Assembly: GCF_006345805.1 (NCBI RefSeq)
Contig: NC_043003.1
Coordinates: 102,486,001 to 102,550,000, forward strand
Length of the DNA: 64,000 nucleotides
Source: Octopus sinensis
Lineage: Eukaryota
Direction of reading: 5' to 3'
Shown: one piece after another, positions 1 through 11,685 of the stretch
Numbering within the stretch: the first letter of the stretch is position 1
Layout: every line of letters begins with the position of its first letter
Made by a program: the position numbers and the translations under genes
The notes under the pieces: generated by a model
The model's database searches: none
Seen by the model: the letters and a program-made list of their open reading frames with translations, nothing else
What the model was told of the DNA's origin: nothing

Positions 1-147
1 TTTTTTTTTGCCTGTCCTTCTAATTGTTATTTCTCTTGTCCGCCTTGTATCGTCTATCTGTTGGAATGTTTAATTGTACTCTACTGCGTTTTTCTTCCAT
101 ATGTGTGTGTGTGTGTGTGTGTATACGTGTATATATATATATATATG

Positions 148-178
<31 letters not shown>

Positions 179-204
179 GTATATATATATACGTATATAC
201 ATAG

Positions 205-1119
205 ATATATATGTAGAAAATCGGTGTGTGTTTGTTTGTGGCATTGTTAGCTAACTTCTCCGACATCGTTTTATTGATTTTGATGAAACTTGACACATGA
301 GTAGAACTCATGTCTGGAAATCCTCGTGACATACTTAGATTGTTGAAAAAAGTCGATAATAGGGCCCTTCCAATGGATCCTTCTATCTACTACATATACT
401 AATATTTTACTTAAACAACCCAAGGAAAATAACCAATACCACCAACAGATTTTAGCAAAGCGATCAATATTTGATTCTCACGATCAGCCGACTTAATTTT
501 GCATTTCACTACTCTCAGTTTTGAACGGCTAAACATTATTTTTGCATTTCCTTAATTTGATTCTTAAACTGTAAAGACTTCATTCATACATTTCTATACA
601 CACATACTTTTTTGAATGCCCATTATTCCGATGATTCTGTATTTTTACAGTTACACTTTTTCCATGACAGTAGATAATTTTTTTTATTCCACATCGTTTT
701 TTTTAGTGGCTTCATGCAGGCATAGCGTGAATTTGATCCTTGATTGCCAAATTTCGCTTAACACTTCAACGGCGCTTTTCTCACGGTAAAACAATAGTTT
801 TTCTGTGAATGACAGCAGTTATACATTCCCCAGATGCTTTTGCTAAGTAGAATAATGTCTTTGCTTCGCGCCAACCTCCGACAATCTCTCTCACCAACCT
901 CCGACAATCTTTCTCACCAACCTCCGAAAACCCCTCTCGCCAACTTCCAACAATCTCTCCCTCCTCCAGCTGACAATTTTTTCTACTTTTTCTTGGCGGA
1001 AAATACACCTTTTGTGGCAGTTATAACGAAATTGCTTTCTTATATCAGAGTAATATGGCGTTTCAATAGAACATCTTTAGAACATCTTTATCCTCGGGAA
1101 TTACCGGGCACATAAGCTA

Positions 1120-1120
<1 letters not shown>
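205..1120 (+). mobile_element. Non-autonomous Helitron-like element
   Basis: The 3' end has an imperfect hairpin (cctcgg-gaatta-ccggg, 1092-1108) followed by CTAG (1117-1120) and T. The 5' part (gtgtgtgtttgtttg...gattttgatgaaacttgacac) resembles Helitron-N 5' ends. No clear 5' TC, so the left boundary is approximate. Confidence 0.6.
871..985. repeat. 23-bp minisatellite (ccaacctccgacaatctctctca), 4 units plus a degenerate fifth
   Basis: Units start at 871, 894, 917 and 940. Confidence 0.85.
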
Positions 1121-1122
<2 letters not shown>

Positions 1123-1215
<93 letters not shown>

Positions 1216-1250
1216 AGTAGGTGTATGATATAAATAGAGAGAGAGAGAAC
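1123..1250. repeat. (TA)n(GA)n microsatellite
   Basis: Direct reading. Confidence 0.95.
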
Positions 1251-1465
1251 GAGGGAGGGTGTTGGATCCTCTAAAGACTAGCAAAGCAATTTAGAAATGT
1301 GAAACCTTCAGGTCCATAATTCAGTGTTGTGTTAGGTTTCCTCGATATAGGTTACATAACATACTAACAACACAGAAGTCTCAGTTTCAGCAGCGTGTCC
1401 ACGTGTCTGTAAACATATATATCCGTGATTTCTAAGTGTACTATTAGATAGATATATATAGTCGA

Positions 1466-1600
1466 CAACTATTGAAAAGACGCAACGAACATTTTTGAAA
1501 ATTTTAGAAAAATAAACAAGTAAATGAGTGGAAATTTTACCGGTGCGTGTGTTAAATTATAAGGCACTAAAAGAGAATGACTCTCCCCTGACACAACAGT
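1466..1600. repeat. Single diverged arm of the palindromic element at 20009-20292
   Basis: gtggaaattttaccggtgcgtgtgttaaattataaggcactaaaagagaatgactctcccctgacacaacag is colinear with the right arm at about 20217-20290. Confidence 0.7.
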
Positions 1601-1868
1601 ATATATATGTGTATATAATATATATATATATATATTATATATATATATATATATTATATATATATATATATATCAGCAGTGGCTGAGAGAAACAGAATAG
1701 GGTGTTAAAGCGTTGTTAAGGAAACCAGTCAATATGAAGCTAACGAAACCACTTGCTACCTACTCACCATCAAACCAGCCTCCATATCAACCATTTCTGA
1801 GCGATACCCACCACCCCTTACCATTGACAGATACGCAACACGCACACACACACACACACACACATAAT

Positions 1869-1900
<32 letters not shown>

Positions 1901-2589
1901 AATATAACAACAAAGTGAATGAACTCATTCAATGGAATGACGGTATTTCTACATGATTTAGGGTGATAGAGAGCGAGAGATATGAAGCCTGAAAGAGGTG
2001 GATATAAGGGAGAGTGTAAGTGAAAGAGAGAGAGAAGAAGAATGAAAGAGGAGGAGAGAAAGAGTTAGTAAGTTCTTATGTACCGGGTTAATTGTAAAGT
2101 ACAGTAGTACGTTTATATACATGTGCGTGTGTTGCTGATAGATGTATTTATGAAATGTGGGTCAGAGTCGGTGAAATCTGGGCCAAAGTAGGTGGATTGC
2201 TTCAAGTGACGTAAGTTGTTAGAATAGAGCAGCAGCTCGGCGTTATAACATTTTTTGCTTACTTCACTGACAGAGAAATGGTTTGTGGGGGATGGGTAGA
2301 GTGTATGATGGTGGTACGATGGAGAGATTGTGGGGCGACTGGGAATAAACATGACAAAATCGTAAGCATACATAAACACACGGACACACACATAAAATAA
2401 CAACAAATATTGTATGTATATTCATTAATATTTAGCAGAAGCAACAAGGTGACTCAAGGACCGAGAGTTTCGTGGGTTGGCTCTTATCAAACGTACGAAG
2501 CTTTCGGTCTTTGAGTCACTCTGTTACTTTTGCTTCATATTAATAAAATATAAATATACTCATATTTTGAGGGTTTTTTTCCGGTTTGC

Positions 2590-2840
2590 ATCACCATATC
2601 TGTTTGTGTGTGTGTGTATGTGTGTGTGTGTGAGTGTGAGAGAGAGTGTGTGTGCATATATATGTATATATCTATATACGTATATATGTAAATATATATA
2701 TGTATGTAAATATGTGTATATATATATATATCTATATATATATATATATATATATAGATATATATATATATATAATATATATATATATATATGTATGTAT
2801 ATATATATGTGTATATATATATATATATATATGTATGTAG

Positions 2841-2898
<58 letters not shown>

Positions 2899-2912
2899 CA
2901 TATATATATATA
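2590..2912. repeat. Compound (GT)n/(TA)n microsatellite
   Basis: Direct reading; source of the IY-repeat ORFs. Confidence 0.95.
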
Positions 2913-3117
2913 TTTCTTTATTGCCCACAGAGGGGCTAAACATAGAGGGACAAACAAAGGGATTAACACGTTTACATTGACCCCACTGCGTAACTGGTAC
3001 TTATTTAATCGACCCCGAAAGGATGAAAGGCTAACTTAATCTCGGCGGAATTTGAACTCAGAACGTAACGGCAGACGAAATACTGCTAAGAATTTCGCCC
3101 AGAGTGCTAACGATTCT
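2911..3117 (-). mobile_element. tRNA-derived SINE, family A
   Basis: Reverse-complement match to the full copy at 4049-4277. Confidence 0.85.
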
Positions 3118-3175
3118 GTATGCGTGTGTGTGTATATATATTATATATATATATATTATATATATATATATATAT

Positions 3176-3206
<31 letters not shown>

Positions 3207-3240
3207 GCATATATGGGTACAGGAGTGAAAAACGTAAACA

Positions 3241-3479
<239 letters not shown>

Positions 3480-3486
3480 ATATATA

Positions 3487-3692
3487 TGATGGTTTCAGAT
3501 TTTGGCACTAAGCCAGTAATTTCGGGGAAGAGGTCAAGTCGATTATATCGCACCCAGTGCTTAACAGGTACTTATTTTACCGACCTGTAAAGGATACAAG
3601 GTAAAGTCGACCTCGGCGGGTTATGAACTCACAACGAAATGCTGCCAAGCATTTTGCCCGGCGTGCTAACGAGCCTGTCAGTTCGCTGCCTT
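3487..3692 (-). mobile_element. SINE family A, variant 3' tail
   Basis: Shares gtcgacctcggc...gaactc and the head; the tail differs from 4049-4277. Confidence 0.75.
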
Positions 3693-4048
3693 GTTGATGA
3701 CGATGAATGCTCCCCAACCACATGGTTCCAGGTTCAGTCCAATTGCGTGGCACCTTGGGCAAGTGTCTTTTACTAGGCAGACGGAAACTGAAACAGGTGA
3801 TTAAGCTGAGTTGCATAAAGTGAAACTTCGAAGTCACAATCAACAATAACTTTGATTGTACTTAAAATATTAAATATTTCTGTCGATAATGTTTCGTTGT
3901 TGTTTTTAAGTTAACACCCTCAAGAACACTCTCCCATAAAATCCAGTAACGGAGCAGTTGCCCTAAGGTTCGTTACTGACGATTATTTCTACCGCAATAC
4001 AGACAGATCCCAGTCATGTCTCAATTTACGTTGGTAATTGTTTCCAAG

Positions 4049-4277
4049 GCGGCGAGCTGGCAGAAACGTTAGCACGCCGGGCGAAATGCTTAGCGGTATT
4101 TCGTCTGCGTTACGTTGTGAGTTCAAATTCCGCCGAGGTCGACTTTGCCTTTCATCCTTTCGGGGTCGATAAATTAAGTACCAGTTACGCACTGGGTTCG
4201 ATGTAATCGACTTAATACCTATGTCTGTCCTTGTTTGTCCCCTCTGTGTTTAGCCCCTTGTGGGTAATAAAGAAATA
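4049..4277 (+). mobile_element. Full-length tRNA-derived SINE, family A, with 16-bp TSD
   Basis: B-box-like gttcaaattcc at 4121-4131; TSD ggtaattgtttccaag at 4033-4048 and 4278-4293. May be one of the described octopus SINEs (OK/OR1/OR2); I cannot tell which. Confidence 0.9.
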
Positions 4278-4519
4278 GGTAATTGTTTCCAAGACAAATT
4301 AACTCGAAAAATGACATAACACGAAAAACCTTTTTGAAAATTCATTCGCTCATATCCGTTTTAATAAATTGGTTTGTACATATTTTCACATGGATTTTAT
4401 TTGATTTTCCATTTCAATATTGGTTGTTAGGTGTTTTTTTTTTTAATTCTACGCTTATAAAAATAATTTCGCTGTGACTGACGTACAATCGAATAAACTG
4501 ATTGAAGTTAAGGTTATTT

Positions 4520-4690
4520 GGCGATCCTTCGGTATAAGTACACACGTGGCTTTGTTTACATTTCTGAAGTTAACAGAAACCCTTTTCTCCCACCCCTAAC
4601 CCTAACACAAACCCTAACACCCCCCCCTATATAAAAAACACTTTCTTGAAATGTATCCGGTACTTCCGGTACCTATACCGAAGTTACGCC
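4520..4690. mobile_element. Small inverted-repeat element containing CCCTAA repeats
   Basis: 22-bp imperfect IR ggcgatccttcggtataagtac (4520-4541) / gtacctataccgaagttacgcc (4669-4690); ccctaaccctaa at about 4594-4605. Confidence 0.55.
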
Positions 4691-5694
4691 GGTTATTTTT
4701 TTTCACATTAATTTCTTTAAAGAAAAAACGACATGAAGTAAAAGAAAACTGGAAACGACGTAAGTTGGGGGTATGCCAGTACTTATTTTTAAGCCAAGTA
4801 CTTTTAAGCCTAGTACATAAAACACCGGCATGGACTTCTACTTAGCTATTTTATTTCCAAATGGTGATAAAGAGAGAGATCCGCGCTCGCACAGGCACAC
4901 ATTTCCCGCTTCCAGTTTCACTCACAAGGGTTGGTCGGCCTGAGACCATACTGAGAAACACTCAAGAGGAACCGAAACCAAGTGAGACCACATGGTTGCG
5001 AAGCGACCCCCCCACCACAAGAGTGAAAGAAAGGGGTAGAGGATGGGGAATGTGCAGGTGAGATAATAGAAACAAGAGTTGTTGACGAATATGTTGATAA
5101 AGAAAAACAAAGACAAAATAGAAAATAAAGAGAGGGAGAGGGACAGGAAGGGGGACTTAAAGAGGGAACAATGATAGACAAAGGAAGGAGGGAGTTAAAG
5201 AAGGGGACAATGATAGAGAGAGGAAGAGGCAGGAGTAGAAAGGGGGTGGAGTAAGAATGAAAAGAATTGGCATGCTCAGATAACAAACAATTCAACTAAA
5301 GGCTTCGGATTGGATACCAGACACCCAAGTCTTTAAGACTGATGTATTGTACCCAACACTACCAGCACAAGGTGTAAGGCCAGCGCACAACCAGCGACAC
5401 CATCTACTAGAACAGCCGGTCCGTAGATCATATGACTGACTGTTCGATTTCTAACGACCTAGGGCTACACAGCATCATCATCATCATCATCATCATTATC
5501 ATCTGTTAGTCTGTCTGCTTATCTCTTATCTACATTGATCTCTTGTCACATGCTGGAGGTTGTGGTGGTGGGGAAAGCAGTTTGGGTGAGGTGTACAGTC
5601 AAAAAAGGGGAGGAGATAACCTTTTCAACAAATGGGTACTTTTGCAAACATTGTACTTGCTCTCTAACTAAACACTTACCCTATGTGTGTAAAT

Positions 5695-5744
<50 letters not shown>

Positions 5745-5755
5745 ATATGCATATA

Positions 5756-6190
5756 GGATCTTTTCGGTTTGAACGGCAGCTTTTAACATAATTTCTAGGT
5801 AACTAAAAAATTTTAAACTTCGTCTACTGGTAGAATGTGTTTATAAAACATCTTTTTCTCTTGGCTTTATTGAGAAAATTCCATAGTTTGTAAGATATTT
5901 GTTGTTGTTTTTCTTCAATTTCTGCAATTTCAACCAATCAATTACGTCTATTGAGGTAAAAAAAACATTCTGTGCCGTATGAATAGGTCCCTCGTTGGAT
6001 CTTTTCCTTTTGATAAACAGAATTCAACACAATTTCTAGTTAAGTAAACAATTTGAAACTTCGTATACTGGTAGAATGTGTCAAAAGAAAACATTATTTT
6101 CACTTGGCTTTTTTGATAAATTTGTAATTCGGTTGTTTAACGTAGTTTAATTTTTCGAATTTTAACCAATCCTATGCTCTCTTTTGAGCT
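5756..6190. repeat. Two diverged tandem units of about 240 bp, each starting ggatcttttc
   Basis: Units start at 5756 and 5997 and share aaacttcgt(c/a)tactggtagaatgtgt, cttggcttt and aaccaatc. Confidence 0.7.
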
Positions 6191-6266
6191 GAAATCATCG
6201 CGAGGAGTTAACAAACTCACAAAAGTTTTTGTTGTGCGAATTTTACGAAACAAAATCTTAGAATTA

Positions 6267-8444
6267 TGGAAAATTTGTTGGCCAGTTTGTTCGAGTTGCA
6301 ACTGAAAAAACAACAGTAGCAGACACAACTGCAAGAGCAACCAACAGAAGCAACAACAACAAATAATATTACAGCCAGAATTGCTGCAATTACTGAAGCT
6401 GTCAGGAAAGTCCGAAAAAGTGTTCCCGCCAGACTGTCGCGAATTCCATAACAGAGTTCAAATACGAACCAGACGAAAGAATTACCTTCGAAGATATGAA
6501 CAAATCTTCGAGAAAGAATGTAAAGATTGGGGTGATGAGATGTAAACGCGCTTAATTTTGAGAAAACTGGCGGCAACAGAACACGAAGGGTACAGTAATT
6601 AAGTACTCCCAAGAAAACATTGGGACATAAACTTTAATGACAGAATAGATGTATTGTGTAAAATTTTCAGTGAAAAACGCTCATTGTTCAACACATGTTG
6701 GAAGTGTCTGAAAAACAGTGACGAGGACTACATCACTATGCTGGTAGAGTAAACAGAAAAGTTTAAGCTGGACAAATTAACACGACCTATGTTCAAATGC
6801 CTGATTTTTAAACAGGACTAACTGCCGAAAAGGATGCGGAAATTAGAAATAGAATTCTCGCAAAGCTGGAACAAAACCAGGAGATAATCCTACCGCAAGT
6901 GTCAGAAGAATGCGAAAGGATAGTCAAATTAAGAAACGACATAGAGGAAATCGAACAGAAAGATTGTTTCCAAGTAAAACCAGTACGAAATAGTCAGAAT
7001 CGAGATAAAGTGTTTTCTAAAAAAACACGACAAAAACCAGAAAATAAACCCATGCTTTGCATGTAAAGATATACACCCGAGGAAAAATTATTCATTTAAG
7101 AAAACGGAGTGTTTTCGTTGCGGAAATACAGGACATATAAAGACGCACTGTAGAACGATGAGAAAACGTTAGAACAAAGGAAAAAGAATAAATAGTATGT
7201 CATCGGAAGAAATTGGTAATATAATGACGAGGAAATTCGTGAATGTGAAAATCAAAAATACAAGTGTTAAAATGCAATTAGACACTGATAGTGATATCAC
7301 TATTATAAACGGAAAACGTGGAAATATGTCGGCAAGCGGAAATTGATTAAATCGAAAAAGTAGCACATGGTGTTACGGGAAGAAGATTATATTTTTTCTG
7401 TGAATTCGTATGTAATATAACATTTCGAGATCAAGCAAAAACGGCAAAGATATATGTATTAAAAGATTCACTTAATCTATTCGGCACAGAGTGGATGGAA
7501 CTATTCGAAGTATGGAATACGCCCATAAGTGTTTTATGTGGAAATATTGTCGGTTCAGTCGAATGCGGCTGAGAGACAGAAACAAAAATTTGCAATAAAA
7601 CAGAGAGGAACACCTGTATGTAAGACCACGATAAAAAGTAAACATAGTTCAGAAGTAGATGTTCCGTGGTCGAGACTATACTTCGATTTCGCTGGTGCTA
7701 TAAATGGTTCTTACTACTTAGTGGTAGTTGATAGTTTCTCGAAATGGCCTGAAATTTGTAAGTGTAAAAAAACAACAACCTCCTCAACTGTAATAAGATA
7801 GTGTCTGACAATGGAGCGCAATTTGTGTCTAGCGAATTAAAAAAGTTTTAACTACGGACCCATACCAACCCAGATCTAAGGGACGAGCAGAACCCTTTGT
7901 CGATACTTTCAAAAGAGCCCTTAGAAAATCGATTAAGGAAGTCACAGATGAGGTAGCTCTACAACAATTTTTAAGAGTGTACCGCGTATCACCAAATCCG
8001 AATACATCAGAAGGTAGATCACCAACGGAGCCGATATTTGCAAGAAAAGTAAAATCAGTCTTTGATAAATTTCTACCTGGCAAGAAAAGAAAAAGTGCCA
8101 GGGAAAACATAACAAGATTGGTGAAAAGGTGTACATGAGGGCATACAAGAATGGAAAGCAAAGTTGGAAAGATGGCGTAATTACCAAATGCAAAGGTAAA
8201 ATGATGTATTGGGTAAGAAAAGGTATACAAAAGAGATACAGGAACCAACTGAAAAAACGATTCACAGAAAGTGAACTAAAGAAGTTGGAGGAACCGATTG
8301 AATGGTTGTATGTTACGCTCCAAGTAGCAACGCCGCAGCAGGCGATTGAAACCAGGCGAACAAGGGAGAGGAAAAGGAAACACGGAGTTCCTGAAAACAG
8401 ATGCCAAGCGCAAAAAATATCAAATTGTACGGAACACCAAAATC
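6267..8444 (+). pseudogene. Degenerate Ty3/Gypsy gag-protease-integrase; RT and RNase H missing
   Basis: Gag-like start at 6267; zinc knuckle ECFRCGNTGHIKTHC (about 7107-7150); protease VKMQLDTDSDITII (about 7265-7305); integrase PWSRLYFDFAG...YLVVVDSFSKWPE, IVSDNGAQFVS, FVDTFKRALRK. Many stops and frameshifts. Confidence 0.9.
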
Positions 8445-8456
8445 AAAAAAGGGAGG

Positions 8457-8645
8457 TGGCGTGAATAAAAAAATTTATTGCTAAATAAGATGACGCTTCC
8501 TAAGAAAAACTTAAATGGCACGCCCCTCCCCCGTAACGAATGGAATAACCTAGTCACTATAAGGAAAGAGAAGTACGTAGTAGGCGGTCAGAGACAGTCG
8601 TGTTTTACTGGTTTTACTAAGTATACTGAAGTGGGCGTTATAACA
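8457..8645 (+). mobile_element. Putative 3' LTR of the Gypsy element
   Basis: Polypurine tract aaaaaagggagg (8445-8456) directly followed by TG; ends ...gttataaCA at 8645. No matching 5' LTR found. Confidence 0.6.
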
Positions 8646-8944
8646 ATCCAACATTTTAAGGTTTATAACAGTTTTGTTAATTTTAATTTTCGATTTGCAT
8701 ATATATATATATTTCCCGCCTCCATTCACTTATACACACTTTGCACGTTGACGGTGTTCATAGACGCCTCATCAACACTATTTTTATCTCTTTTCCAGTC
8801 ACCCCCAACGTTTCTAAACTGTGTGTCGTGTGACCTCTCAACAGCAAGAGACCTCTTTTGTTCTCGTCCCTTCTCTTGTACTTTAACCCCCTCACCTCTC
8901 AGCACGAAGCCGTCTCTCTCAATGTTCGTAGTCTTCCAAGTTGC

Positions 8945-9145
8945 ATGACGATCTCAATTGTGCTGGTCGCATGAAAAAAAGCACACAGTACAAGCTGTAA
9001 GGCGATTGGCATTAGGACGGGCATCCAGACATAGTAACGATGCTTGAACAAACAGAGGAATATGATGCAGTTCTTGGATTCGTCGAATCCTGTCAAACAT
9101 CATCCAACCCAGGTCAGCATGGAACAAGGACGTTCAATGATGATA
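8945..9145 (+). mobile_element. Short degenerate family C retroposon with (GAT)n-type tail
   Basis: Ends ccaacccaggtcagcatggaacaaggacgttcaatgatgat. Similar copies lie near 41340-41520 (-), 43640-43850, 50460-50535, 58450-58640 and 60880-61110. Confidence 0.6.
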
Positions 9146-10079
9146 ATTATATGTGTGTGTAAAACATTACATTTAAAGCTTTTGTCGAGTGAAAGATGTT
9201 GTCCACAAAGCTTACAAAAGGTTGTTTTCCGTTGAAACCAATGGGGTTGATATTCGCTTTGAACAGGAATTTCTGTTTGCATAGGCAAAGGGGAATTCCC
9301 TGGAACTCTACGATTGGTATCTTTGCCTGCTCACAACTAAACAGGCACCTAAAGCAATTAGTGAAAGCACGGTACATGCAACCAGGTCATACTTGCTTGC
9401 GAGTGACAGGTATGGTTTGTACGTGTGTGTGCGCGTGTTTGTTTGTGTGTGTGTATTGCGCATTGAATGCTTCAGATTTAACATCCAATATAGGAATAAT
9501 AATGAAATTTATAAATAACCAGCACTCAATTCCTGATTATCAAGTTATCCTTCGACTAAGCCACCATCAACACAACCTCAGTCAAACAACGGTCATAGCA
9601 AGTGCGCCTTGGTCTCAGTTCTGCTTGATCGTAGCTCACCTGCAGCTAAAACAACAACAACAGCTAGCCTCATTCAGTCAAATACGCAGCAAGTTCTCAG
9701 TTCGTGTGGTTAAAATTGCAGCAGTTTGTTAACGGGTTCGAGCCCAGTGTGCAGCTTCATCGGCAAGTGTCTTGTGTCCTTTTTCAGTTATCTCAAACTG
9801 CTTAGTCGGAATCTACGTGGAAGCCTGTCGGATGGACTGCCTGTTCGTGGTCAGCAGACTTAATCTGGATAGCAGACCTAAATCTAAATATGATTAGCAG
9901 ACTCTAATTTTCGGTTCAGGCCTCCTCTCTAAGAATAACTCAATGGTTTGATACGCAGATTATTATTGTAGTAACTTTTGAATCATCGCTTCCCCCCATT
10001 TTTCTTCCCTGCCAGTCTCAGACGCCCAGAAAAAGTCAGGACCACAGTCTTTCATCATTTGATTAAGCCATAAAAAAGC

Positions 10080-10225
10080 AGTCAAACAAACAACTAGGTA
10101 ACCCCCTAAAGAAACAGTCAGGTGACCCCTGGACGAACCGCGTGAATCCCTAAACAAATAACCTATTAATCCCTAAACAAACAGCCAAGTAATCCCAACC
10201 AAGTAACCCCTAAATAAGTCAACCG
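10080..10225. repeat. Degenerate minisatellite, unit about 21-22 bp (aaacaaacagccaagtaacccct-like)
   Basis: Recurring aaacaaa...gtaa(c/t)ccctaaa motifs. Confidence 0.65.
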
Positions 10226-11495
10226 GGTCTCAACACCAACCAAGTTGCATCAGTCTGCCATCCTAGCAATCAACCTTCAAAGAAACAGTCATAGACAATG
10301 TAGACAATGTTATATCTGGTTTATGTCAGTATGCCACTGCGATAACTATGAAATAGAAACCATAATGATGAATGATTGGTTTGATAGATCGATCAAAAAT
10401 ATAAACACGATATTAAAAGTGATACAATGAGAGATATTTTTATATAAGCAGGTAATTCGAGAAGAAAATGGGCTACACCATTCGCTTTCGTTTGCACACA
10501 TACACACACACACACTGTAATACAAGTAAGTTCGCTAATAACGAAATGTAACAGTGATTAGCATCTTCATGTTCGAATCTGCTAGACCATATTAAGAATG
10601 AATATTGATATATTGATAGTCGCTGCTTTTTAGGAACCTAAGGATTGATTTTCGGTTTCGCAGACATTTACAAACAATTGTCTTTTTTGTTTTTGCTGAT
10701 TTCTATAAACAAGAGCCAAAATGCTTGTTAAGTTGATTGGTCTAAGGTAACTTTGACTGAAGAAATACACAACAAGGTCGAAACACTGGTGTCCCAAAGT
10801 CTAGTTTGTCACTGAATCGAGAGTTTATGAACACACGTCATCTGAAAGGAGAAGTTATCGTCTTACGCATTTTGCCCCAGCTTTTGTATGCTTAAGGAGA
10901 ATGTCTTTTATATGCTCTAAGAGTATTTTCTGAAGTAGCATTCAAATTATTCTATTGAGTTTTTAATGTGTTTAGAGAAGGTCATTTGCTTAGCTGATGT
11001 GGTTTTCATAAGGTGGTGAACATTTATAAAAAAGATTTTTGGTTTCTCAAGGTCAAAAAGGCAGTAAATATAACCCATTGTGTCCACCTCCAGCCATTTA
11101 CATTTCATTAAACAGCTTTTATTACGGTGAAAGAAGTTTTATACAAATACGGTGTTACTACAGTTTCGTGAGGCACACAACAGTTTTCACATTGGGAACT
11201 TTACACTTTTTATCAAAACTAATTTAGTCATAACAATGGTTTCCAAATTGGGATAAATTTACGTCAAACTAGTTAAATTTCGACAACACTAGCAGCAAAT
11301 TTACTGACTGTAGAGTTGTACATATTTAAAAAAAATATACCGTGTAGAGATGAGAAGAAAGTTTGAAGCGGAAAAATAAAAACAAAATGAATCCCATTTT
11401 TCTGATTTTTCTATCGCTTTGGATTAAGCGATCTGTATTGTGAACTTCTTAACTATTGCGTAGCTTATAAATCAGACAAACGAATACAGCTTGTC

Positions 11496-11685
11496 GTCAT
11501 GATAGATCGTTAGCCACAACACATTTTTTTCTCTCCTTGTTTTTTCTGTGTCCCTTTCTGTAGAAGAGCGTAGGCTCGAAACGTAAAAGACTTTTTCTAT
11601 TCCTGAGCGTTATACTAATACATCCGTTTGATTTGTGCACCACCTGTCTTCGTCTTTTGTTTTTTCGTAAACTCTCCCTATATAT
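11496..11685 (+). mobile_element. Penelope-like terminal (pLTR) fragment with hammerhead-like motif
   Basis: gaagagcgtaggctcgaaacgt...cgtaaactctccctatat; a second copy is at 49101-49295 (-). The Penelope assignment is inferred from the motif, since no RT/GIY-YIG ORF is present. Confidence 0.6.

Noticed and set aside
1601-1672. Recurrent phase flips (tatatta, tataata) in nearly every long (TA)n run
   Set aside because: Too uniform across unrelated loci; most likely sequencing or consensus error in self-complementary runs. Raw reads would decide.
4049-4135. tRNA-like A/B boxes here and at 25371, 26982, 30797 and 54427
   Set aside because: They are SINE heads: no complete cloverleaf, followed by repeat bodies, tails and TSDs.
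8478-8948. 156-aa ORF after the Gypsy integrase, a possible extra or env-like ORF
   Set aside because: It overlaps the putative LTR and flanking low-complexity DNA, starts at TTG and shows no recognisable domain.
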